Shown here in pieces: positions 47,156-58,539 of a stretch of 59,519 nt of DNA. Source of the stretch: Acanthaster planci (Eukaryota); contig NW_019091357.1 of NCBI RefSeq assembly GCF_001949145.1, forward strand, positions 310,001 through 369,519, in the 5' to 3' direction. Numbering within the stretch: the first letter of the stretch is position 1; each line of letters starts with the position of its first letter. The position numbers were made by a program, and so were the translations under genes. The notes under the pieces were generated by a model. That model was not told the DNA's origin and did no database searches. It worked only from the letters and a program-made list of their open reading frames with translations.

Positions 47156-49963
47156 TCAACCGTCAGTTGACTTGAAGTGGTCATCATCTATTGTGGAGTA
47201 AATGTGACCCTCATTGCTCAGGAACTCTAAGGCATCTCTGAAATGAATTAAAAAAAAAAGATTACTTTGGCAAACATTCAATCCTTTCATTTTTAGAGTG
47301 TATATTATACTTCTTTGGCACTCAAATGTCAACACTCTTGACTCTTGTCTTAACTTTATTCTAGCTTTTACCCTTGATATACATGTTATTGTCACCTTGT
47401 CCCCTACCCTATTTGTATCTTGTCCTCCTGTTTGCCTCACTGTTTACTCACTTGATTTTGTTGTAGGGTGTTCCTTTCAGGCTAGTGGCAAGGAAGTTGA
47501 TGCTCACACCTTGATCGTCTGGACACGCTGTGATCAATCTATGCACCTGTGCCAACAAGAATGGAAATACAGAAAAGTGCTGCCAAGTGAAGAGAGAAAA
47601 TTGGCACAGAAACTACTTATTTGGACGTGATTGGTAATGAAGTGATTCAAAATTGAATCCTAAGACAAACTACCCAAATTTGATGCGACTATTTATTTCA
47701 ACAACTGGGCAGGCCACTAGAAGCATTATCTGCCTTGAGCAGAAGCATCCCCTCATCGGTTGAAAACAGCGGTGCTGCTGGGAGGGTTCATTGTGTTGAT
47801 AACGATGCATACTTAACGCATACATTTCATAGTTATTCATGAACCAGTGAAGTTTCCACCAAAGGAGCCTCTGTTGGTCCTGCTCAGGGGCCAAAAAGCA
47901 ACTACCATATTCAGTTACACACCTCTGCTTGTACACTGTTCAGCCCATTAGCTGTGGTGACAGCTCCATAGCCAGATGTACTAGCCATTCCACCCTTGGA
48001 GGGCGTCATGAACTGGTGAGTACCAAAGGTTCCACTTGTACTTGCTCCCTGAAAAATAAAACAAAGCAAAAGAAGATTTGAACTAAGGAAAGTACTGAGT
48101 AAAGTTGTAACAGAAAGGAAGAAAATAGACCGCTAGCTGTTTAGTGTCAAAGTGCATGAAATTTTGCTTTGAGTCATTAAAGACTTGAAAGTGAAAAAAA
48201 AATGTCTTGATGTAGTTTTCATGAAATTTGTGGCGTAAGTTTTTCAAGGGGAATTGCCACTTTGATTTGCCAAATGATTTTGAGCCACGAAAGTTTGTCT
48301 CATCTTTGTTCACGGATGTGGGATTCTCAAGTTTTTAGCTCTGACCATCAAGTCTTTTACTTACCAGACTTTTTCTCTTGGTAAGCAGCATGTGTGTGTG
48401 GACTGTCTCCAACATGTGTAGGGTCAACTCATTCAAGTCAGTCAGGGGTTTAATCTTGAATGGAGAGATGCTTCGCTTACCGCCAAACGTACGAATGTTA
48501 CCAATGACTTTGATGTATGTGTTCTCACTATATACCTGAGGCTGTAACTCCTCTGGTGTGTTTTCCTGTTTGACAGAACACAATCAATTCTCATATGTGT
48601 GAATATTATGGCCCTGTGGTGTACACATGCCAAAATTACTGTCAAAAGGAGCTATTTCACTGTTTTTTTTCGCTATGTACCTCTTCCCAGGTACTTCCTA
48701 GGATGTGCACATCTATGACACTGAAATTCTTACAGTAATTCTGATATTGGTCTAGTAAAATTCTTATCTGTCTCCAACTTACATCGTTATCGATCCACTG
48801 TCTAATGTCAAGCAAGGGACCTGTTCTGTCATCCACTTTGTACAAAATGTTTGTGGCTGCTATTTCCACCTGACGAATCAGACCAACGATGGACACCTGT
48901 TGGGAAAATTGATTATTCCTGCTAATTATTGAACTGCTAATTAAAGAAACAGGTGAATGACGAGTTGGAGTATTTTTGTTGAAGATTCACCTGATTAATC
49001 TCCACTTCTCCAATCTTGAAATGCTCATCAACCTGTGTGGCTTGCAGGACCTGTGCTATGGTGCAGGGGATCAGGTTCTGAGCTCGCTTAGCCTAAAAGA
49101 TGACCCCCAAAAAAAAGATAAAAAAGAAGAGAAAAACCAATGAAACTTAACTGACAAAGATTAACCACTTGTTGATAATAATTAGTACGACAGATGAACA
49201 CAGGCACAAAAATGTACATGTATTTATATTAGTCAAACTAGAGTTGACGTCTGGCTGGTCTGGTACCTTGGGTCCTCCTGTAGATGGTGAACCAACTTGT
49301 CCCATGTTACCTGGAGAGTTGAAGTAGCCCCCTGCTTGGCTGCTTTGACCCCCATGGTCGCTGAATCCACCTCCATATGAGCCTGTAAATACATCATGTC
49401 AAACAGTAAATGAATCCGAAGGCCCCTATTGACCTATCATAGTACACACAATGAAACTACCGGTACCGGCTTCTAGCCTTGATTTAACATGCTTCATTTT
49501 AAACATGTTGAAGGCCCACTACATTTGTTTGAAATATTCTTGGGTAAAACCTACAAATAAAACTAAGTGAGTATATTGGACCAGAGGGAAAATTGAACCT
49601 CTACTGCCTATGCACAAATCTCGTGTCTGACTGAGGAGTTGCCCCAGGCATGCCAGGCCTAGGTCCTTTCTACATGTTCTAATTCATGGTTGAGGAAAAC
49701 TGTTTCAAAAAAGGGAAGTAAAATTGGCGATTCATACAGGATTGTACCTAACACATGACACGTCATGTCTCAGTACGCACACGTAATTGAAGACACATGA
49801 TGTACAGGTTAGCTTTTGTACCGTGAACAAAACTGTAGACCCCGAACGACATGATTATGAACGACAAAGTCAAACTATACATGATGAACTATATGATCAT
49901 AACTTCTGCGATTAAAAATGATATCAAAGGTACAGAACAGATACCTCCTTGGTTATTCCACAT
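47156..49963 (-). CDS. RPA2: Replication protein A 32-kDa subunit (284 aa, 8 exons)
   Basis: Minus-strand exons 49963-49945 (MWNNQGG), 49382-49267, 49092-48991 ([15 protein letters not shown]), 48896-48783 (VSIVGLIR...YKVDD...IRQWID), 48565-48365 ([13 protein letters not shown]), 48048-47923, 47546-47452 and 47237-47156 ([22 protein letters not shown]). Total 855 nt in frame. Confidence 0.97.
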
Positions 49964-50596
49964 TTTGTACTTGGAACAGCCCCAATCAAACGTTAAATTG
50001 TGAAGGCAAGTTGATGAAATTGGACGTTAGCCTACGCGAGCAAGGCACATCAAAAACTTTCGGGTTCGCGCGATCAGTCAATATGGCGCGCCATGTCTCC
50101 AGCATCTGACCAATCACTGGACGCGTTACAAATGTTTGGCCTTTATGCTTTCGCAATCAAACTTTTTATCCAAAGAAATTACGAGGCCGCTGTTTCATAC
50201 CAATTGTGAACAATAAATGCAGTATGTGTTTATTTCTACCCTTGGTGTGACTTGGAAAGGAGATCTACATGTATTTCGTGACAAAACAATACATTTCATT
50301 TATGAATATACAATTTGGATAGTAACTAGTCTGGTATCAATAGATTCATGCACTGGAATAGCCTTGGTACCAGACTAATCTACGATTGAATATGCATGAT
50401 GCATGCTTGCCGGCCAAGCGCGCATGTCGCGCATACATATACACGTACACAAACAGTATGGTCTGTATGTGCTGTATGTATGCTCGAAGACTAGCTACGA
50501 AGAGATTCACTCATTTTCTGTGACGAGTATTTTTATGCTGCATATAGGTGCTGAACAGAGGGTGCAAGGGAGGACGTTTCACGTCTTAAGGTAAGT
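49964..50596. promoter_or_regulatory. Bidirectional CpG-rich promoter shared by RPA2 and ECHDC1, including the probable non-coding first exon of ECHDC1
   Basis: TTCGCGCG (50065); palindrome ATGGCGCGCCAT (50083-50094, E2F/YY1-like cores); CCAAT (50110); NRF1-like GCGCGCATGTCGCGCA (50418); consensus donor AAG|GTAAGT at 50590/50591 on +. Confidence 0.65.
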
Positions 50597-51947
50597 GGCT
50601 GACTTTCCAAACTTACAAAAAATATGGACTGTGATGGGTGATCGCGGCGCGGTGGTTGACTGTACTGGTCAGCAAGTGGAGGATGTAAACAAAGTGCACG
50701 TGCTCGAGACGTGACCAGCGTTGCATTTATGCATTGTGCAAATATGACCAGCTGGATGTCATTGTATTGTTACTTGTGTACACATGTACAGTATAGTGCA
50801 AAGTGTAATCATGGTGGATAGCCCGTTATATTTAATGAGGGTTGCATGTACAGTAGGCTACATGTAACTCGAACTTCCTGTGGTGGGCCTAGTTTGTTCT
50901 TTAAAAAAGTCCAAACATCTAGGGGCACTGCTGCTGGACTCTCAGTTTATCAGAGCTGAGGGGTACTTTCCAGGTAAATGGTAAGATTCAACTTCACAAA
51001 TTCTGAAAGTGAGAAACAGGAAACAGTGTTATGTTCTGGGTTAGGTCCTATTGATGATTATTGTAATTGAGCCTCAGTTCTGTGTAAATTCAACCTGGGC
51101 CCAATCCATCATGCTTGATTTAATCCTAAAATGTTTTGTTAAATCATGAGTGTGGGTGTTAAATGTTACATGTATTTCTTTTTTTTTTTTTCGTTGGACT
51201 ATTTTATTTTACATTTCAATCAAATCCCACGTAAGAGACATTTGACTGGTTAAAATTGATGTGACCTGTAGGCATTTTAATGTGTGGCTTCATATTAGGC
51301 TTCATGGGGCCTGATGTAAATTTTTCATGACTTTGGAAGTGTAGCCCTAATTCGGGGGTAAAAAAATAAGTATAAACTCCTCCAAGATTCCTACTATATA
51401 GCAGCTCCTACAAGTATAAGTCACCCTTTCAATGAGCAGAAAGACTGTACATAAGTTTCTGAAGAGGATCATTTAGAAAAAAAGCACAATGGCATTTTGG
51501 TTGGCAGTAGTTGCATCATTCAAATGTTTTTTTTGGGGTAGATATTAATGCATTTGTATACAAATATTTCCATAACCTTGTATGGTTGCCTCACCTATTC
51601 TGATTTTACCTGGCTGAGTCAACATATGTACAGTGTAGTCCTATGGTGTGTGTAGTTGGGCACTGGTAGTTGTTGGTTGCATATTGTGCTCTCAACTTGA
51701 ACCCAGGACAAGGTCGTGCCAGTAACCTTTGCATGTACATGTTGTTACAGTCACTGCTGCGTGCGTAAATGATTTCCTATGAATTGGAAAATGGGTGGCC
51801 TACACCGCTAGCTATTTGTGCCAGCCAATCAGATTGCCTGTTACATGTGGGCTAAGGTCAAATGTATTGTTACCTTCTGATCTAGTTTTTTTTAATGTTA
51901 GGTTGGCTGCTGTAGTTTTGTTGGGTTTCTTGGCAGGTTGTCAAGAA

Positions 51948-52097
51948 ATGATGCAATCATGAGCTATGGCGGCTTACATTAGCATGAGAAATCGTAACCT
52001 TTTGAAAGATTTCTGATGATGCAATCATGAGCTATGGCGGCTTACATTAGCATGATAAATCGTAACCTTTTGAAAGATTTCTGATGATGCAATCATG
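51948..52097. repeat. 68-bp tandem duplication (2.2 copies)
   Basis: ATGATGCAATCATGAGCTATGGCGGCTTACATTAGCATGA(G/T)AAATCGTAACCTTTTGAAAGATTTCTG starts at 51948 and 52016, with a partial copy at 52084. One mismatch. Confidence 0.95.
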
Positions 52098-52497
52098 TTT
52101 GGAAGGAATGAAAGTGTTTGACTGCAAGTTAAAAAACAATCCTGAGGATTTTTGTCAGTCAGCTTAGGTATGTACAGTTTAATACAAATCTTATTTAATT
52201 TAAAATCCAAACATTGCAACCACTTCAGGAACTAACCTGAAATTGTGACAATTGAAATTTGTTCAAGTCATTGTTCAATTTAAACAAACAGTGATTAATG
52301 TTTGTTTTATAACAAAAACTTGCTGGTGGGTGTGACATTGTACAAAACCTATGGCAACTTCTACAGAGTAAATAACACTCTAAAAGTCATGTACATGTAA
52401 GAATTGAAAGTCTAGGATATTTAAGATATTATTTGACTTGTGTTCCTGCTCAAAGCAATCTGATGACAGTTTGAGTTCTAATTGACAAGGAGCTGTG

Positions 52498-53023
52498 TTA
52501 CCCTAACCCATTAGGGCCTGTTTACTAGGGCACATCCTCAATTCTCCCAAATCCTCCAATTTCCCATCTTCTAAAACTGCATGAATTCCTCAATCCTCCA
52601 AAATGCTCCATGGCCCTACTTTGGGTTTGGGTTTTTGTCCTTTTTGGGGGGGGGGTTTGGACACAGCAGGTTGGTTGTTGGGCTGGAGCTGTTTTTTTGC
52701 AGAGTTGGCTAATGGCTTTACTTTTGTAATAAACAAAGCGGACATGTGCCTTTGTGTTAACACACTGCAGTGGAGGATTGTGTGACCATATGCACCACTG
52801 TGTGACTGATTTTTAGTACTTCGTTCACCATTAATCCTCAATCCTCCGAAATCGTCCAGTTTCTAAATCAGCATTCATCCTCAATCCTCTAAAATCCACC
52901 AGCCTTTAAAATACTATTCATCCTCAATCCTCCAAAATCCTCCAATATTCAAATCATCATTCATCCTGAATCCTCCAAAACCACCCGGAGGGATTTTGGA
53001 GGATTAAGGTTGGTTAGGGTTAA
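52498..53023. mobile_element. MITE-like element with telomere-like ends and internal AATCCTCCAAAAT repeats
   Basis: Starts TTACCCTAACCCA and ends TGGTTAGGGTTAA. Repeated CATCCTCAATCCTCCAAAATCC-like motifs on +, with one inverted copy (GGATTTTGGAGGATT) at the right end. Confidence 0.55.
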
Positions 53024-53418
53024 AGCCACATACATTGACACGTATGTTGAGAACTTGCAGCAGTTAATTTTGATAGAAATGGATGTCCTTTTATGTGAGA
53101 TTTAATATGCCAGTAGTCCTCAAAGGAGTGTGTTGTGTTGTGTTGATGTGTTGAGACATGTGAATTCATGTACTAGCTGCAGATGGGTCCAGTGATTTGG
53201 GAGTGATTGAAAAGCCTGTTATATTGCTGCAGTCCTCCATAGTTTATAACCTAGAAATATGAACAAATATCAGTGTACTCACATTAGTCTTTCAAATTAG
53301 AATCCAACCTCAGGATTTTATTGTCATGATTTCTGTGACAACCCGTCTACCGGTACTTGCATTTGTAATCTCTCTGCAGCTAATCTGAAAGCATATTTCA
53401 GGCAGCCACCAATCAAGC

Positions 53419-55348
53419 ATGAGGTCAAGATTACTTCAGCTCCGCTCACAGGTCACCCCCATCCTGAGTGGCTTAAGACACCGCCCAATTCATTATCAGA
53501 CGGATTCCTCTGGGATCAAACTCAGTGAGACTGCCAACAGCCACTATATGGACCAACGTCGTAACACTGCCCTCGCAAATGAGTTTGTGCCCAGTGAAGT
53601 CTTTAACGAGCGAGTGGAACGACTCAATCTCAAAGAGCTGAATGGGGGCAGTCTTCGCCTCAGTAAGAATGACGTGACTGGCCTGGCTACCATCACCATC
53701 AGCAACGTGACAAATGCTAACGCCATGTCTGGTGAGTTGTCTTTAAAATTTAAGATGAATCCAAAATGCTTGTTGACTTTAGGGGAAGTTGAGAGTGCAT
53801 TATTTGTGAAGGTTTTCAAATCAGAGCTTGAAAGTAGGGTAAAATAACCTGACAAGATTTTCTCTCCAGTAATGATTTTTTCACAGATGAATGAAAATGA
53901 GATGCCCTTCTCCAAAACGATTATCAGAAAGATAGAATGGTTTTCTGATAACAACCGATAGGGTCATTTAAACAATCCAGTTCCATGTCGCCAGTACATT
54001 GGCTCCAGCCTGTTCAAATGTTTCTACATGTACATGAGGATTTTGAGCCAAAACTTCCAAAATCAAGTTAGAAATACATACACCTGGAATTCCTGCCATT
54101 TTCTGAAATTCATTATTTTCCTTATTTCACCTTTTGGGTGGTTGTAAGGGGAGATTATATTGCAAAATGAAATCAAATTTCCTTGAGTCCCTTAGGGTTT
54201 ACACTGGTTCCTTTGGCTAAAATTGATGGGTACTGGAGTCGCAATGTTACAAGTCTCAAGTTGGCAACATAAGTCTGTAATTGTTAAAAATGATGGGAAC
54301 TGATGTTACAAAGATTTCTGCAAGTTAAGTAACCAAACAACAACAACTTTTTCGAAGTGACAGTCGCCTATATTGCATGCATTTACTTGATGGCTAGTCT
54401 TCACGTACATGGTTGCCCATTCATGCATACATGTATGTATGCTCCAAACAATCTGGACCATCCTGTGTGCAGATGGTTGCTCCTTTGTGAGCAAGATTTT
54501 CTTTAACTTTCAAGTTATCATCGATCAGTGTTTCAGTAAAAGTGCCCTGAAAATTCGGGAGCCAAGGGGCATGTTCGCTATACCTGATTATTCCGTATAA
54601 GAGTGTTTGTTATGGTGGCTTTGTAGTGTACGAATGTTTAAAATCTTATTGCTTTCCAGGCTCTATGATGGTAGATTTGTCTGACATAGTAGCCGACTTG
54701 GAGAAATGGCAGAGAGGTAAGGCTGTTATACTGCATGGAGACCCTGAAGGTAAGAATTTCTGCTCTGGTGCTGACTTGAAGACGACAGAAGCTCTGAGCA
54801 GTCCACAAGCAGGTGTAGTCATGTGTTTATTCATGCAGAACATCTTGACGAGATTACAGCAGCTTCCACTAATCAGTGTAGCAGCAGTGAGTGGTAGTGC
54901 TGTTGGTGGAGGGGCTGAGATTATCACAGCCTGCGATTTTCGTTTGGTATCTCCTTCATCAGTTATCCAATTCATCCACTGTAAGATGGGTTTGTCACCA
55001 GGCTGGGGCGGTGGCACTAGACTGGTGCGGTTAGTTGGACCCCAGAAGGCACTGAAACTGTTAGCCGGTGGAGAGTCGATCCGAGCAACAGAGTCTTTGG
55101 GACTCGGCTTGGCTGATGACCTCATCCAGGGTGATGATATCATCAAGCAAGCATCTGATTGGCTGGACAAATACACAAGTCAACCAGTAGAAGTCGTGCG
55201 GGCAATGAAGAATGTTGTGACGGCAGCGTCACAGTTGCCTCCAGATAAGGCATTGTCAAAGGAGAAGGATATTTTTGGAGGGTTATGGAAAGGTCCAGCA
55301 AACAAAGAAGCCCTCGCAAGGGCACTGTCTAAAAAGCGAAGAAAATAA
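53419..55348 (+). CDS. ECHDC1: Ethylmalonyl-CoA decarboxylase (crotonase fold), 333 aa, 2 coding exons
   Basis: Exons 53419-53731 and 54660-55348. GGSLRL...NAMSGSMM...LEKW..GKAVIL, FCSGADL, MCLFMQNILTRLQQLPLISVA, GGGAEIITACDFRL, FIHCKMGLSPGWGGGTRL and WKGPANKEA match recalled ECHDC1-specific motifs. Confidence 0.93.
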
Positions 55349-57753
55349 TCGAGATACTCATTGCAACCAAAAGATGTCACCTGCAAGGAACCACTTGTTA
55401 GAACTCCAGATACATGTAAAAGGTCTGAAATTCTCAGCTCAATTTCTTGTGGGGAATTGAGTTGTTTTCCAAAGAGATTTGCAGATCACTCGGCATATTT
55501 AGACATTGTTGTTCATCTTGACAGATGTACATGTAAACATGGACTTCTTTGATTTTGCTTATTATAATGCATGTATTTTGAGCCATTCTAAAATCATAGA
55601 AATGTGAAATTTATTTGTCTTGTGAGCTGCAGTTGTTTTTAGTTTGCACATGAAAGGTGAATGCTGCCCTCTATTGATGAGGCATATTCAGCAACTCATA
55701 TGTGGGCCAGGTGTATGTTACTGCATGATCACGAGTATTTATTTTTATTAAAATGGTTTATTTATAAACTTTCTTCGTGGCCAAGGGCCGAATTACAAAT
55801 GTTTTTACATTTAAAGATAGATACAACCATTAAAACATTTTGTTAAAACTACATGTACAATAAATATGGAGTTGCGTGTCCACATAAAAAATATTAGTTC
55901 TTTTACATTATATGAATTGCTGACATTGTGACTGACATTTAATGACTCCATAAAAAGTCTTCAAATTAGTACAACAAATGATCATAAATTCAAAAAGTTG
56001 TTTTAGAATAGTTGAGGGACATTTTTGCCAGGAAAAAACATTTGGAAACAAATCCAAATGTTTAATATGCAAGAGCACAATAATGACGGCATTCAGAAAT
56101 GTGAATATGATTTAAAAACCTGCTCGGCTGTGATGTCGTAGACATTTTATTTTAATCAAAGCTTTGCATTCATGATGTCAGCATGAGTTGATTGCTTAAA
56201 ATGATCTCTAATATGAAGTAATTAATAATTACTGCAGACAAAAGTAAAATTTAACTAGTTTAATTTGAAACAGATTATTCAGAAACAAACCAATACCTCC
56301 CGATATGCATGCATATTGTTGAAATTATAAGGAAGAAATTGTGACCATTTTTGGTGATAAAATTGCATGGAAAATGTTTTCTGGTGTTTTTAATGACTGC
56401 TTCGTTTCACTTTCTTGTCATACGGCAGAGCCCTTTATCTTAAGTTGGAACTTTAACATGTGGGGTAAGGGAATTTATAAATGTAAAAGGTTGTTGTGAT
56501 TTCTTCAATAGATTCTCATCTGAAATTCTCAGATGATTCTCTAAAGTGATTGTTTACTCGGTTTATTGAGGTGAAGATTCATAAGTGTGTTTAATGTAGA
56601 AAAGACGTGCTAAACTTAATTCTAAATTTATTAAAAAGAGAAATGTATGATTGTACAGTATGAAAAATGACTGCAAAACTCCAGCCACTATAGAGCTGTT
56701 CAATTCATCTTAAATTGGATACGTGTATGTGGAAACAACCTATATCAGCAGTGCCAAAATATTGAATATTATTCAACGGACCTCAAGAAATCTGTTTAAT
56801 ATGCAGAAATAATGACCAACATGTACCGGTACCATAACCCCACTTGTTCATAAATTTACCTAATGATTAATTTTATACAGACATACATGTAAGCATACTT
56901 TGCACGCACCAACTTAAATGAGAGTTTCCCAGGTTTCCCTTTGTACCTCACTCCTGGTTTTGATCAGAGAAATTTTAAATCAGGGATCATTGCAAAAGTC
57001 TAAGGGCATTCAATTTGCATAATTTGTAAATAATAAATAGTATGATCTTTGTAACCCCTTGCATAGATCGCACTGTGTGGAGAAAATTGTAATTAATTGT
57101 TGTAATTAGTAAAGTAATCATAATTATAATCAGAAGATTGCTAGACTTACTGTCACTAGACTAGTTTGGATGGGGCACTGTTTGAGGCCTCTTTTTACTC
57201 GTGCATTTTGTCAAAGATGCCAATACCTTTTGTTTTTACTTTACTAATCTCCCACTTTTGTTGGTGTTGGGTGTGTGGAAGTGCCCCTCATTGATTGTAT
57301 GTAGTCTGCATTCCTTCTCTTGTAAGCATCTTACTCAGAATACGCAGGTGATTGTCAGGAATTTACAACATACATTTACATTCAATATGTACATCTCTTT
57401 TTCGAAGGAGGGGCTTAAAAGTTCATTTTTACCTGCAAGTGCATATCCAAGGTGGTACAGTATGCCCCTACAAGCCACATATGAATCTATGGGTTCCGGG
57501 AAGATCCTGAAAAAAAGTTGTCCTGGAAAGTCACAGAAGAGTCATGGAAAAGTTGAACAAATTAGGGTGTTTTGGAATCCTGTTGTCAGAGGAGAGAGTC
57601 ATGGAAAAGCCATGGAAACCAGGTTCACGCAAGGGTAATTTTTGATGGGTGCTTTTGATGTGATTGTGGAATGCTAATATTTAGGAAGTTTCTTACTGTA
57701 CATGTAACTTAACAACACTTTGTGTGAACTTCATGGCATTGTTCACCTGTTGA

Positions 57754-57967
57754 GGAGTCAAGTTGGTGAAGTGGCTCTTTCCTCATGTTCTGCCTTTACG
57801 ACGTGGGTTCGCGTCCCATCTAGGTCAGCATGGTTCCCTGGGTTTTCCCTGGAATATTCATTCTGGGTTTTCCTCCCACCCCTAAAACTGAACATTTCAC
57901 AAGTGTCTTCTTCCTGTAATTGGCGCTAAATATACTGTTAAATGAACAGAAATAAATTTGTAAAAAA
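57754..57967 (+). mobile_element. tRNA-derived SINE with a V-domain-like core
   Basis: A-box TGGTGAAGTGG (57764); B-box GGTTCGCGTCC (57806); core GGGTTTTCCCTGGAATATT..CTGGGTTTTCCTCCCACCCCTAAAA (57840-57886); A-rich tail. Confidence 0.7.
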
Positions 57968-58539
57968 TTCACTAAGCATTTGTCATGATTGTCAACCCAA
58001 AGCCGGGGTGAAATCGCCGTCTTTTTTGTGTGTTTTCAATAGTTGGAATGTTAAACTTGTGTTTAATTAGTTACATTAATTTGTATTGTAGTGTGATATT
58101 TGGTACTTTTTCTTTCAAGATATTCTTTAAAATTGATTATTTTATTACCTCAGAGAAACATTCAGTATGTTGAGTTTCAGGCAGATTTTTAGCCAGCATG
58201 AAAGTGTTTTTCTGGTGACTTCATCACAATGTATGCTGCTGAGTGTTAGTTAGTTTACCAATGATTAAAATGAGAATTTCAGACAACTGGCATGACAATA
58301 TGATACTGAACTTTATTGTACCAGATTTCATCTTTTTGACTCACCTTCTGAGAGTTGACAACAGAAAGTAAAGTTCTTGAAAATTCAACGACTGCCAAAA
58401 GTTCTCTATTTGATATTTCATTTTTCATGATTTTTGTTTTTTATTTCATGTTTTTAAAAAATTTATCCAATTTAATTTTATTTTTATTGTATTTTTTATA
58501 TTTTTTATTATGGAAGTCTTACAAAACAGTTTTATCAAA

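Noticed and set aside
49937..49944. RPA2 intron 1 donor GTATCT as a possible U12-type intron
   Set aside because: It reads GTATCTGT, not the U12 consensus GTATCCTT.
57754..57830. Possible tRNA gene (A and B boxes)
   Set aside because: No convincing cloverleaf, and it is followed by a SINE core and A-rich tail.
57989..58361. TTGTCAAC...GTTGACAA inverted ends suggesting a MITE
   Set aside because: Only 8 bp match cleanly and no TSD was identified.
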